Part shown: positions 1 to 11,000 of the stretch, one piece after another
Numbering within the stretch: the first letter of the stretch is position 1
Layout: each line of letters opens with the position of its first letter
From: a virus
Taxonomy: Duplodnaviria; Caudoviricetes
Length of the DNA stretch: 51,554 bases
Reading direction: 5' to 3' (one strand)
Virus record (IMG/VR): IMGVR_UViG_3300031920_000173
Coordinates: 1-51,554 of that record
The notes under the pieces: model-generated
The model's input: only the letters and a program-made list of their open reading frames with translations
Databases searched by the model: none
Told to the model about the DNA's origin: nothing
Made by a program: the position numbers and the translations under genes

Positions 1-845
1 CTTAGACCTGAAGAGAAGACGCCTATAAAGAAAGAGGAACCAACCGGGAAACTTGATTTGATGGCTGCTCTCCTAGCTGCTAGACAAACAGCATCTAGTG
101 AAGAACCTAAACCGAAAACAATTGTTCTAGATATTGTACTGTCTTTAGGTATTGGATTGTTAACTTTAGCTATTCCAACTAAATTTTTATTCACATCATA
201 AATTGCAACTTCTGATATGAATACTTGTGATACATTATCCCATGTTTCATTATTAGTTGAATTAAATTGATCAAGTGGTAATCGTATAGCTATATCTGTT
301 GTATATGCAATTGCTTCAATGTTGGTTGTGACATTACCTAAAAAATATACTTCATCACCAAAACATAATGGTTGTACTCCAGTAGTATCACCAGTTAATT
401 TAATTGGATAGTTTAAATAATCAAGATTATATTTCGGAGCTAAATTATATAAACTAACAGGAATTCTAAATACGTTACTTGTAACATCTAATGCTGATAA
501 TGTTTGCCCAGTCACATAACCTATAATTTGATCAGTGACATCAAACATTCTCCATTCAGCAGAATCAGGGACAATATCATCTGTGTTTTCATATAATTCA
601 TTATCTATTAATTGTGATAATACAATTATTCTATGTGCTGTATAACCAGTTCCCCCTGATGTTGATAAAAATCTAAATTCCGATTCATTTTCAAAATAAA
701 TATTAAATTCTTTATTGATTAAATTATCAAGAGTGATTTTATTGATGTAATTACAATGAATTGCATCACTATATCCGTATCCATTTGTTGTTCCGGTGTC
801 CGAAACGAACATATAAGTCATGTATGTTGTGTAACCTGATGCCAT
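1..845 (-). CDS. Baseplate/tail structural protein, not in the ORF track; no stop codon in the window, 3' end probably interrupted at about 107
   Basis: Manual translation from ATG at 845 gives MASGYTTYMTYMF...AIHCNYINKI...FISEVAIYDVNKNLVGIAKVNNPIPKDSTISRTIVFGL and is open to the window edge. The ISEVAIYD..LVGIAK..PIPK block resembles the tail-collar/baseplate motif. GTATTTATA lies 3 nt upstream. Confidence 0.8.
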   Translation of the reverse strand, partial: MASGYTTYMTYMFVSDTGTTNGYGYSDAIHCNYINKITLDNLINKEFNIYFENESEFRFLSTSGGTGYTAHRIIVLSQLIDNELYENTDDIVPDSAEWRMFDVTDQIIGYVTGQTLSALDVTSNVFRIPVSLYNLAPKYNLDYLNYPIKLTGDTTGVQPLCFGDEVYFLGNVTTNIEAIAYTTDIAIRLPLDQFNSTNNETWDNVSQVFISEVAIYDVNKNLVGIAKVNNPIPKDSTISRTIVFGLGSSLDAVCLAARRAAIKSSFPVGSSFFIGVFSSGL

Positions 846-848
846 ATT

Positions 849-857
849 TATAAATAC
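849..857 (-). promoter_or_regulatory. Putative late promoter GTATTTATA
   Basis: Recurrent intergenic motif, 3 nt upstream of ATG at 845. Confidence 0.6.
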
Positions 858-860
858 TTA

Positions 861-1673
861 TTAAGTTAAATTAGCTAAACCAATTGGAGTCCAAGCCCAA
901 GTTATACCACCTACAGCAGTAGGTGAGTCGCTATATGTTATTATTATTCTATTTCCATAAACCGGATCATAAACACCGTATGTTGTACCTGCATCATCTC
1001 TGGTAGGTACACCTGTATATATTAAATTACTGTCATACACATACGCTGGTGATGTTATATCGATAAAGAAATCAAGATCAACAGCACCTTTAAAATATGT
1101 ATATTGAAAATATGTTTCAATAAAACCGGGTTTCAATAAAATTGTACCTGTTAAATTTGGTGTTGGTCCACTTATTGACTCAATAACTTCAGCATGTATT
1201 TGATCACTCAGTAAGTTAAAGATAAATGTTGAACCTCCATCATCATATATTTCAGGTGCATTAATGGTGTAATTAAACGAAACCTGTTCATTTAATGGTT
1301 TACCATCAAAAGTTTTAAACCATAAAAATAGTGTTACAATATTCGGATCAGGAAAACCAGTAAATTCTGAATTTTTATTAGTTCCTTCTGGATTGAATAT
1401 TAAAAAAGTGTCTTGTGTATTACCAATAACAATTGAATTTCCGGGTATTTGTGTTGTTGTTGTAGTTGTAACAGATTGATCAACATAAATCTCTTGTTCA
1501 AACACACATAAATTTGAATCAGTAATATTTAACATATAAACACCATTAGGTACATCATCAATAGATTTATAACCAGAACTATCAAAAGTTTGTTTAGGTA
1601 TACCACTACCAATTAATTCCACCTCATATGGTGCAAGTCCCCCTGTTATATTAAAATTTAAAATGTTAGACAT
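861..1673 (-). CDS. Virion structural protein (Ig-like N-terminus, Thr6 linker, C-terminal WxWTPIG tail)
   Basis: ITGGLAPY...GVYMLNITDSNLC pattern is typical of SprB/Ig-like repeats; baseplate context. Confidence 0.6.
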   Translation of the reverse strand: MSNILNFNITGGLAPYEVELIGSGIPKQTFDSSGYKSIDDVPNGVYMLNITDSNLCVFEQEIYVDQSVTTTTTTQIPGNSIVIGNTQDTFLIFNPEGTNKNSEFTGFPDPNIVTLFLWFKTFDGKPLNEQVSFNYTINAPEIYDDGGSTFIFNLLSDQIHAEVIESISGPTPNLTGTILLKPGFIETYFQYTYFKGAVDLDFFIDITSPAYVYDSNLIYTGVPTRDDAGTTYGVYDPVYGNRIIITYSDSPTAVGGITWAWTPIGLANLT

Positions 1674-1691
1674 TCCCTTTTTATTTAATTA

Positions 1692-2888
1692 TTAAATTGT
1701 GTTATTAACATACCCAACAAGTATTGATGATGTTGGTGTATATGAGAAATTACCACCAACCATATTACTAACGTCATAAATTTGTGCACAACCATAAACA
1801 GTATGATTTACCACACTATTACTAATATCACTTGATGCACCAACACAAACACTAATATCATTAATATTATCACATGTGACATCAATATATGTTGTAACAT
1901 TACAAGTACATGTAATAGGACCGGGATTTGTAGGTAATGTTTCTAAACAAGATGCACCATATTGAATAACATCAACAAACTCTAACCCACATGAAGTCAT
2001 TGGAGAAATTAAATTTGTTGAATAACAATAAAATGCTTCATTATTAAAACAAAGTCTAAATGATTGTCCTGCAGCTAATGGTGTTGATGTACAAATTTTA
2101 GCATTTTTGAATTCTTCAATACCTGACGATACGGTTGTTTGTATATCATAGAAACAAACTTCAATAGGTGGTAATGTTGTTGTTGTTGTTGTGTCCGGAA
2201 CACAGCATGATCTTGATGTACTTAAATAATTAGGTGTACCAATCACACCAGTATCAATATTACATAGTCCACCTACTGATGTTAATTCCAATGATGCATC
2301 TGCTGTATATAAAGCAGTACCATCTACAGGACAAACACAACTTAAAACATCATAACATAAATTATCATTTGATCTCATACAAACATCAACGCTTGTTGAT
2401 GTTTCAGAAACACAACAAACTCTTGCATAATCACCACCATTACATGATTTAAATAAATCAACATATGCATTACCACAAGTAGATGTTGCAGCAGACAACA
2501 ATAATGTTACCATTAAACTTTCAACTGCATTTAATGGTTGATTTATTAATAACGTTCTTGGTGGATAAATAACCTGTAAATGTTCATTAATGTCACTTGG
2601 TTCACCCAATAAACTAAGTGTTTTAGTAACACCCACAGGAGGGGCAGGAGATGTTGGTGTTATAAAACTACCGCTTATTGATCTACCAGCACAATCTGTA
2701 ATATTAAGACTATATTGTGTATTATCACTAAGAGAACTTAATATAGCACAAGTATGATCAGCATCTAATGTTGGTGTACACGCACCAGAATATTCAAATG
2801 TTGAACTACACACATACACAGTACCAGCACTCAATTCTATGTAGAACGGTGGTTTATCACCACTTATTTTAAATCTAAAATCTCCCAT
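1692..2888 (-). CDS. Cys-rich virion protein (26 Cys in 398 aa) with a Thr6 linker
   Basis: ORF track; ISGDKPPF...YSLNITDC Ig-like start; structural context. Confidence 0.6.
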   Translation of the reverse strand: MGDFRFKISGDKPPFYIELSAGTVYVCSSTFEYSGACTPTLDADHTCAILSSLSDNTQYSLNITDCAGRSISGSFITPTSPAPPVGVTKTLSLLGEPSDINEHLQVIYPPRTLLINQPLNAVESLMVTLLLSAATSTCGNAYVDLFKSCNGGDYARVCCVSETSTSVDVCMRSNDNLCYDVLSCVCPVDGTALYTADASLELTSVGGLCNIDTGVIGTPNYLSTSRSCCVPDTTTTTTLPPIEVCFYDIQTTVSSGIEEFKNAKICTSTPLAAGQSFRLCFNNEAFYCYSTNLISPMTSCGLEFVDVIQYGASCLETLPTNPGPITCTCNVTTYIDVTCDNINDISVCVGASSDISNSVVNHTVYGCAQIYDVSNMVGGNFSYTPTSSILVGYVNNTI

Positions 2889-2898
2889 TTATTATTAA

Positions 2899-5202
2899 TT
2901 AACCATTAAAATTATATCCAACATCTTGTGTGTTTACAATAATACCATCCATTCTTTGTCTTATTTTTACACTAAATTCACCACTACCTTCATAATAAAC
3001 ATTTACTGGTGCACCATCATTATTGGTACTAGTCCATATGAATGGTATATCATCAGATTTGTATACACAAATCTCAATATCACCAATAATTGGATTTATA
3101 TTTGGATCAAGTGGTAGGTTTAAATAATTAGCAACCTGAACATAAGTACCACCTTCATCTTCATTCGGTGCTAAATTAATAGCATTAGGATTAATGGTGA
3201 ATGGACTACCAACAGCAACATAATAACCCCATGACTGTCTTTCAAGTGTATCTTGACTTGTTATTGTTGATGTACCACCAGTAACATCACGAACATAAAT
3301 AATATATGTTTGTAAGAATGTTAAATTAGCTGTTTCAATATTTCCACCAGCAGATAATAATACCCAATCAGTAAGTGGATTAACACCTATTGTTGTTGGT
3401 ACTATACCATCTATTGGACTAATTGTAACATATCCAGTATCAAGGAAACCATCAGGTGCAACTACTGATTCTTCTATTTTAATTCTTATTGGATTATTTT
3501 GATACGGTTCAGTGGTGAAATAACTAACACTTCTATTTGCAGTCGCACCACTTGCATCAGGTGTAAATCCTAATATTGTTTGAGGTCCTTCAATTAATGT
3601 AGTACCAGTAACAATACAATTAGGTGCACCTAAATCATATACTTCAGTATAGTATATATCAGATGTTAAACCAGTAAATGACGTATCCCCGGTTATCGGT
3701 GCAAAATATATTTCAGTACCACTTACACCACCTTTTACTAATTTAAGTAAAATCTGATTTTGATCTGGAAATCCGATATTATTTTTTATATTAAATAGTG
3801 TTAAAGTACCATTTGAACCATTTATTGTTGTTGGTGTTGTTGCACTTGTTGAATAAGTTAATACACAATCAGGACAACCAAAAGTAACATTAGCATTAAT
3901 ATCAAAACCATAATTAGGTAATGTCCACGATCTATTTGATTTATATGACATAGCAAATAATAATTCTTGATCTTCAATTACGAATAATTTTAAATCATAA
4001 AATACTTTACCAACAACATTACCAGCATCATCGGACAAATCGAAATATCTTGTATTAAGTGATTTAGTTGTACCAGTTAAATATTTTAAACTACCAGATG
4101 CTTTTAATTCTAATCCAACAGTACCACCTGTTGATTTGTGCCACATAACTAATGGTATATCTAATGTTGGTACACTTTCCATATCTTGTGGATTCTGTGG
4201 ATCACCATAAAAACTCTCACCATATGTATTTGACACTGAATTATTTGTATAATGAATAACACCTAATTTTTTATATACAGGTGCTTGATTTTGAATATAT
4301 GAAACAAAACCCCCAAATTCATTTGTATTGTAATCACCATATTGTTTATCCTCTGTTCTTACACCAATAATATTATCAGTAAATATTATTGACATATTCC
4401 AAAATGGAAATGTAACTGTCGGACATTGACAATTCTGTAAAAATGATATAAGTGCATTATCTGTATCGTCTGTACTATAACAACTTCCAGTGTAATTAAT
4501 ATAATCATAATAAACAATACCACCAGCAACTGTATCACCACTACCACCAAAATTAGGTAATTCTTTATCAACAGTAATGATTAAATCATCACTACTTAAT
4601 GATCCTGAAACTATTTCATGAATCTTATACATTAAATAAGGAGTTGGTTCGTTTTTATTTATTGTATATCCTGTTGTATTTCCCGAAACTAATTTAGGGT
4701 TAACCCATCTAACTAAAAGTAAATCACCAGATTCTGGTTCATTAACATTACCTAAATATGTAGGTGCTTTATTTAAACTTAAATCAGTGCCACCTGTAAC
4801 TCCAGATATAATAATTGCAATATCTGGTTGTTTAACATGATTAGTGTCAACTAAAAATTCATCAGTAGCAGCATTAAAAAACCCTATGGGTTGAACATTA
4901 TTTTCTATTATTGTTGGTATTGATGGAACAGCACTAATTTCATTATATGGATCAAAGGTATTAATATCAGTGGTAAAATTTCTTGGTATGAACGATAACA
5001 ATTGTGGATTTTTATCGGTAGGTCGTAAAATATTTGAATTGAATGGATTTAATCCAGTTTCATTATTAAATTTATAATCTATCTCACTATCACCAACAGC
5101 AAAATATTTAAAAGTCAATTGACCTTTAGACAATAATTCTCTTCCCTTTGATGTTAGTTTTATATTTAAAACAACCGGGTCTTTTCTTTCAATAAATGCC
5201 AT
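2899..5202 (-). CDS. Baseplate/tail structural protein
   Basis: N-terminal KLTSKGRELL..GQLTFKYFAVGDSE resembles the start of a tail-collar/tail-fibre attachment domain; context. Confidence 0.65.
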   Translation of the reverse strand: MAFIERKDPVVLNIKLTSKGRELLSKGQLTFKYFAVGDSEIDYKFNNETGLNPFNSNILRPTDKNPQLLSFIPRNFTTDINTFDPYNEISAVPSIPTIIENNVQPIGFFNAATDEFLVDTNHVKQPDIAIIISGVTGGTDLSLNKAPTYLGNVNEPESGDLLLVRWVNPKLVSGNTTGYTINKNEPTPYLMYKIHEIVSGSLSSDDLIITVDKELPNFGGSGDTVAGGIVYYDYINYTGSCYSTDDTDNALISFLQNCQCPTVTFPFWNMSIIFTDNIIGVRTEDKQYGDYNTNEFGGFVSYIQNQAPVYKKLGVIHYTNNSVSNTYGESFYGDPQNPQDMESVPTLDIPLVMWHKSTGGTVGLELKASGSLKYLTGTTKSLNTRYFDLSDDAGNVVGKVFYDLKLFVIEDQELLFAMSYKSNRSWTLPNYGFDINANVTFGCPDCVLTYSTSATTPTTINGSNGTLTLFNIKNNIGFPDQNQILLKLVKGGVSGTEIYFAPITGDTSFTGLTSDIYYTEVYDLGAPNCIVTGTTLIEGPQTILGFTPDASGATANRSVSYFTTEPYQNNPIRIKIEESVVAPDGFLDTGYVTISPIDGIVPTTIGVNPLTDWVLLSAGGNIETANLTFLQTYIIYVRDVTGGTSTITSQDTLERQSWGYYVAVGSPFTINPNAINLAPNEDEGGTYVQVANYLNLPLDPNINPIIGDIEICVYKSDDIPFIWTSTNNDGAPVNVYYEGSGEFSVKIRQRMDGIIVNTQDVGYNFNG

Positions 5203-5216
5203 TTAATTCTTTTTGT

Positions 5217-5225
5217 TATAAATAC
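5217..5225 (-). promoter_or_regulatory. Putative late promoter GTATTTATA
   Basis: 14 nt upstream of start at 5202. Confidence 0.7.
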
Positions 5226-5238
5226 ATTAAATAATTTT

Positions 5239-7176
5239 TTATTCGAAATTACCACCACCAATAGGTGACCAATTCCAACCAACACAATCATATGGATTAC
5301 CACCAATAGATACCACACCATCATATTGTTTATTTACGTTAACATCTATAGTTGGTACAACACCCCAACAACCAATAACATTACTTAAACAAAAATACGA
5401 ATATGCTTCATCACCTATTCCTGAATACACCGAACCAATATAACATATTGTATCACCCGATCTTATTGGGAATTGTATGGTTGGTGCTGCTGCCCAAGGA
5501 TATAAACATGCATCAATATTATATATTTCAGCAAAACCAGTTGAACCATTAGGTTTACAACTGATTGTTAAATTAGATAAACCACTATTAAATGTTCTAA
5601 TTTGATGGTCTACATTAACTAATAAACACTGTCCTTCTTGAATACCCGGTGCATTTATAAAACCATCCATTGTGAAACATTCACCAACTACCGAACAATT
5701 TTGATTACAAACACTTACAGTAACTGGTGTTGGATTTACTAACCTTTGTACACATGCAGAACTTGGTGTTGTAATTTCTGAATTTATACCAATTGAATTA
5801 ATTGTGTTTGTCATATTAATACATGATTCAGCAAGTGAACCCGGTGAATATCCTTGTGCATCTAATCTATAGCAAAGTTCATCACCATAAGATGCTCTAA
5901 TTGTTGTAATTAATGGTTGTGGATTATTACTTGAATGATTAATAATCTCTACAGGTAAACCACCACCTGCCGGAGTACAATATACTTTTACATTTGATGA
6001 TGACCCTACTGTAATTGGATCAACATTTGCTAAGATATTAAGATCAATGTCAATATAATTATTAATAGGTATTACTGGTGAAAAATTAAAATTACCTTCA
6101 TTTCTAACACTAAACGGTGTAGGTGTTGTACAACTAGTATAATAATATGCACCATCTAAATATATATCAATATTTTCTTTACCTGTAGTATTGATCAATT
6201 CATCACAACATCTACCAACATCAATTGATGGTGTTGTAGTATTTAAACCATCAACACTATCAAGGTTTAAATATCCAGAACTGCACGAACCACAATTAGT
6301 TGATCTACCAACAATCGAATAACAAACAGTATCACCATAATTCATGGTAAATGTACTTATTGTTGGAACAGGTGTATTATCATCAGTCGAACAGAATTTA
6401 CTCCAACTACTTTCCCCAACTGGTTTACAACTAAGTTCAACACATGCCTCACCACCACCAAATGCGTATGCAAACATATCATAATTAATTTGAACTCTTT
6501 GGAAATCAGTTAAAATTGGATCGATACCAATACAACCAACATTATAACAAATACCATCATAAAATGCATTTGATATGTCCGATAAAAATACTTGTTTAGG
6601 TGCAAGCGTTTCTGTTGTACTTGGAACTAATAACGCTAATGATATACTTTTTTCTACCATACAATATGTTTCATCTTCAAAGAAATCCCTTACTTGAAAA
6701 ACATATACTTTTGTCTCGTCAAGACCTAAAAATGTTGCACTTGATTGCCAAGTATAACCACTTGGATCATCACCAACTGGATATGCTTTATATTGAGCCA
6801 CACCTAATGTTTCACCAATATTAACAACTCTAACACCATCAAAAAATTCATAAACAAGAAAATTGGTATTTAATTTACACATAATATCACATGGAGGATC
6901 GTAAAATTCAGATTCTTCCATAAGTCTTCTTTTTTCTTCTGTTTCTTCAATACCTATATATTCTAAATAATCATAAACTCTTTTTTCATAATAAGGACGA
7001 CTAACATTACGTAATACAAATAATTCGTTTATTTTACTATAATTACAAGTAACACCACTACGAACAATTGAAAATTCATCTAAAATTGAACATTGATAAG
7101 TATTAGCTGAAACACCAATACCATATGAACTTAACGAACAAACATCTAAATTATATTTTCTTGAATTTTCTACCAT
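5239..7176 (-). CDS. Cys-rich virion protein with three repeated beta-rich domains (GDx[VLI]CY motif)
   Basis: 31 Cys in 645 aa; repeats YGDTVCY, YGDELCY, SGDTICY; start overlaps the upstream stop (TAATG). Confidence 0.6.
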   Translation of the reverse strand: MVENSRKYNLDVCSLSSYGIGVSANTYQCSILDEFSIVRSGVTCNYSKINELFVLRNVSRPYYEKRVYDYLEYIGIEETEEKRRLMEESEFYDPPCDIMCKLNTNFLVYEFFDGVRVVNIGETLGVAQYKAYPVGDDPSGYTWQSSATFLGLDETKVYVFQVRDFFEDETYCMVEKSISLALLVPSTTETLAPKQVFLSDISNAFYDGICYNVGCIGIDPILTDFQRVQINYDMFAYAFGGGEACVELSCKPVGESSWSKFCSTDDNTPVPTISTFTMNYGDTVCYSIVGRSTNCGSCSSGYLNLDSVDGLNTTTPSIDVGRCCDELINTTGKENIDIYLDGAYYYTSCTTPTPFSVRNEGNFNFSPVIPINNYIDIDLNILANVDPITVGSSSNVKVYCTPAGGGLPVEIINHSSNNPQPLITTIRASYGDELCYRLDAQGYSPGSLAESCINMTNTINSIGINSEITTPSSACVQRLVNPTPVTVSVCNQNCSVVGECFTMDGFINAPGIQEGQCLLVNVDHQIRTFNSGLSNLTISCKPNGSTGFAEIYNIDACLYPWAAAPTIQFPIRSGDTICYIGSVYSGIGDEAYSYFCLSNVIGCWGVVPTIDVNVNKQYDGVVSIGGNPYDCVGWNWSPIGGGNFE

Positions 7177-8093
7177 TAGAATAATATATTTTTAAAATTT
7201 TTTTCTGTTTCTTTTATTTCTTTTAAATAGTTATATGAACAATATTTTTTTCCACATTTTATCTTCTCATTAAATGGGGAAGTTTGATATTTCGTTTTTA
7301 AAAAATAACTACCATCATCAGCAACAGCACCTGCGTTATGATAAATACTTGTACTATCCCATTTTTCAATTGGATCAGTTGCCCAAGTGAAATTAAATCT
7401 TTTAATTATTTTAGTTTTATGTCCTGATAACCAAGCATTCCATAACAATGCCCACATTTCAGAAGTCCATGCTTGTATTGGTGCTTTAGGTGTATACACA
7501 TTAGCAGTTTTCTTCATATGAGTATGTAACTTAATTGAATCTGTTTCAACTTTTTCCCAAAATTCAGGTGTTGTATTTTTTAAAAATAATTGAGCACCAC
7601 CAGCATTTTTATCGTTTTCTTCAACAATTTTAGGATCGATACCAACAATATCACACATTTCTTGGAATAATTTTTCACTCTTACCTTTAATATAATTAAC
7701 ACCAAGATATGATTTAGTATCACTTAAATACCAAGTATCATTTGAATCTAAACCATTGAATTTCATTTTTTTTGTGAAAATAACATCAGGATCAACATAA
7801 AAGAATTTTTCATCTTGAGCATTTGGATACATACTAAAGAATTTTTTTAAAACATTAGCGGTTAATGATGGAGAATAACTTAAATCTTTTCTATCGTCTT
7901 CAAGAATATAAAATGTTGATTTTAATTTACCATTTTTAATTAAATCCTTTAATATTGAACTTCGTTGCATATTTCTTTTACCAATTACATATATCGTATC
8001 CTGTTCGTAACCAAATTTTCTGAAATTGTTGATTTGTACCAACATTTGCCATAAATAATATGGATGATCCGGTAATGCTACTAATATTTTCAT
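7176..8093 (-). CDS. GT-A fold glycosyltransferase
   Basis: FFYVDPDVIF (DxD), GGAQ, WTSEMW and a late HNAG His motif. Confidence 0.7.
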   Translation of the reverse strand: MKILVALPDHPYYLWQMLVQINNFRKFGYEQDTIYVIGKRNMQRSSILKDLIKNGKLKSTFYILEDDRKDLSYSPSLTANVLKKFFSMYPNAQDEKFFYVDPDVIFTKKMKFNGLDSNDTWYLSDTKSYLGVNYIKGKSEKLFQEMCDIVGIDPKIVEENDKNAGGAQLFLKNTTPEFWEKVETDSIKLHTHMKKTANVYTPKAPIQAWTSEMWALLWNAWLSGHKTKIIKRFNFTWATDPIEKWDSTSIYHNAGAVADDGSYFLKTKYQTSPFNEKIKCGKKYCSYNYLKEIKETEKNFKNILF

Positions 8094-8099
8094 AATTTA

Positions 8100-11000
8100 T
8101 TAAGGTGTTTGTGCATAATTTTCAACTAATGTAGGTATCACTAAAGGTACTTGTCCATTTGGTGTGATTATTGGAACTGTTGGTTGAAAAATAAGTTCAC
8201 CATACGCACTACCACTTGTTGCAATGGATACATTTTCAAGACTAACTTCAATAACATCACCAACACCAGCTATAATTTGTGTATCGAATACAGTTGTTCC
8301 GGTATTATCACCAGTAATTGTTTCCGTATTGGTATATACTGTAATAGTATTCTTTCTAATTGTAACAATACCACCACTTTCAGCACTACCACTTGTTCCA
8401 CTATTAGCACCATTAAATGTGAAATTCATATCGAATTCTGCTTCATATCCCGGTAATAATGCTGGACTTAATTCTAATCTATATTTAGTTACTTGATACT
8501 GACCATTTGGTATCGGTGTAATAAGTGCTTCATATTCAATAATATTCAATACACCATTAAATGGGAATGCTGTTGTAGTTGTTGTGGTTATAGGATATTG
8601 AACATGAATATCAGTAACATCAAAATATCTACAAAAATCAAAATTACAAACAGCATCATCAGTCCAATTAGCAAAAATAGTTAACGGTTTTTTTAGAAAA
8701 GTTGAACCATCATCACCTAAATATTTTAAAGACGTATCAAAACTCACACCCCTTTTATATGTGAATTTTTGTTTGGTGAATATTGTATTTCTAATCAATA
8801 AGCCACCTTTTCTTTGTATAATTGTAGCAGACAATAATTGATCAACAAACCTTTGAAAAAATGCATTATATTTATTTAAAAATGGGTATAAATTTTCAAA
8901 CGTATAACCATTAGATTTTAATGGATCACCTTCAGGTAAATTTGAACGATGTAAATATGTTGTATATATTTTATATAATGTAGGATACCAACCACCTTTA
9001 AAATCAGTTATGGTTTTTCTATTAGTTACATTTATTAATTTTCTTTGTATTAATTCAATAAATTCTAAAAATGATAAATCACTAATATCACCAAGACCAA
9101 AACCACCATCAATAATTGAATTAAATAAATCACTACCACCAATTACATAATGTGCACAAATAACAGTACCAAGATTTATACCCGGTGGTAAATAAACTTC
9201 ATATGTGTTATTTGGATTAATACTATAATCAGTACCGGGTTCGAGAGCAATACCATCTACCAATATTTTAACACTTTCAGCGTTTGTCATTTTATAATTT
9301 AAACGTAAAACCGCCTTATTTGCATTTGCATCAAAATATAGTTTTCCAGAAGAAAAACTATCCACACGTATAACTTCTTGTCTTGCATTAATTTCAGTAC
9401 TTCCAGTTACGGTAATATATGCAACCTGTGTCCAAGGATTCGTTGTAAAATAAGCAATCACATCAGGATTTTGAATAACAATCTGATCACCACTTACAAC
9501 ATAATCAGCAATGAATTGTGGTGTTCCTTTAGTTGCAGCAATACCATTTATTGTTAATTGAACATCACCATTTGGAGTATCCGGTAATGGAATCGTTGCA
9601 CCTAATGCAGTTGGTTTTATAGTTAAAACAATATATTTCACTGTTATATGTGCAAAACCAGTACCTTGTTTAAATACATAAGTTGCTTCAATAACATCTC
9701 TATTGTTTCCATCATTTCTTGCGTATTGATCACCATATACAGCACTACCTAGCTTAAATGTTTTTTCTGATGTAAAATAATAATCAGTCAAGGTATTGCC
9801 AGATTCAACAATATTACCATCCCATGTTTTAGGACCAACCAATAACAATCCATTAAATCTAACTTCAACATCACCTTCAGGTGAATCTGGGAGTATAAAT
9901 TCATTTTGTTGTGGATTTGCCACATCTAAAGATAAATTAACAAACACAAATGGTAACGTATAACCACTTGAATTTGCAGGGAAATCAATATCAGTAACAT
10001 AATTCCAAACATCATATTCAACACCTCTTGATGTATCAAGGGAAACATCAACCTCTTTTGTATTTAACACAAGTTGATTATCCAATTGATAATATTGTGG
10101 TGATGAATAATGATCACGATATGTTGTACCTGTTTGTGTCCAAGATTTTTTATTATCTACATGCATTAAAAGATCAAAACCTACGTTCCTAAAATTATCC
10201 ATATATGCTTGACCACTATCAGAATCACCTGAAATCTGAAAATAAAAATCAGGTGTTTCAACAGGGGCAATTGGATAACCATCACTATCGTAAGGTAGTG
10301 ATGCAGAAGGTAAATCATCTAAGGTTAGTGTTACTTCTCTTGGATCAATTCGACCATCAACAGTGTAAATATATTCTGTAATATTTATAAATGGTTCTGG
10401 AATACCAATTAACATAAACATTGATTTTAACCCCTCTCTAGTTCCCTTTGATTTCCAATAATAATTCGTATTAATTAAAATTCTTCGCCATAATTCAATA
10501 TCAACTTCTGCAGGTGTTAAATCCGTTTCTAAATTTCTTTCAGGACCTGCAGCATCTAAAATTGAATCAACCAACTCACCTTCATTAACTAACTGAAAAT
10601 AATCCCAACCAAACACAGATGCTAAATTACTCACAATTTGATCTGGTAGATTTTTTTTCTTATCGTATGTGATTCGATTAATGTAAACTAATGAATCTAT
10701 AAATTCTCTAAGTTGATCAAATTCTGCACCATAAATTCTCATTAATTTAACCATTTTCTTTTCATCAGTTAAATCATATGTCTGTAATGATGCAGGTGAT
10801 AAGAATCTAGCAATTAAATCTGTTTTTATTTGATCATATTTATTTCCAATATCTAAAACAGTATTTAAAAATGTATTATATTGAGGTGTGTCTATATCTA
10901 TATTATAATTATCACTAGTTATCCAAACAATTTTTTTATTTTTATAATTAATCTTACCATCATCTAACAATATTGGTTCTTTCAACATAAATTCAAAACC

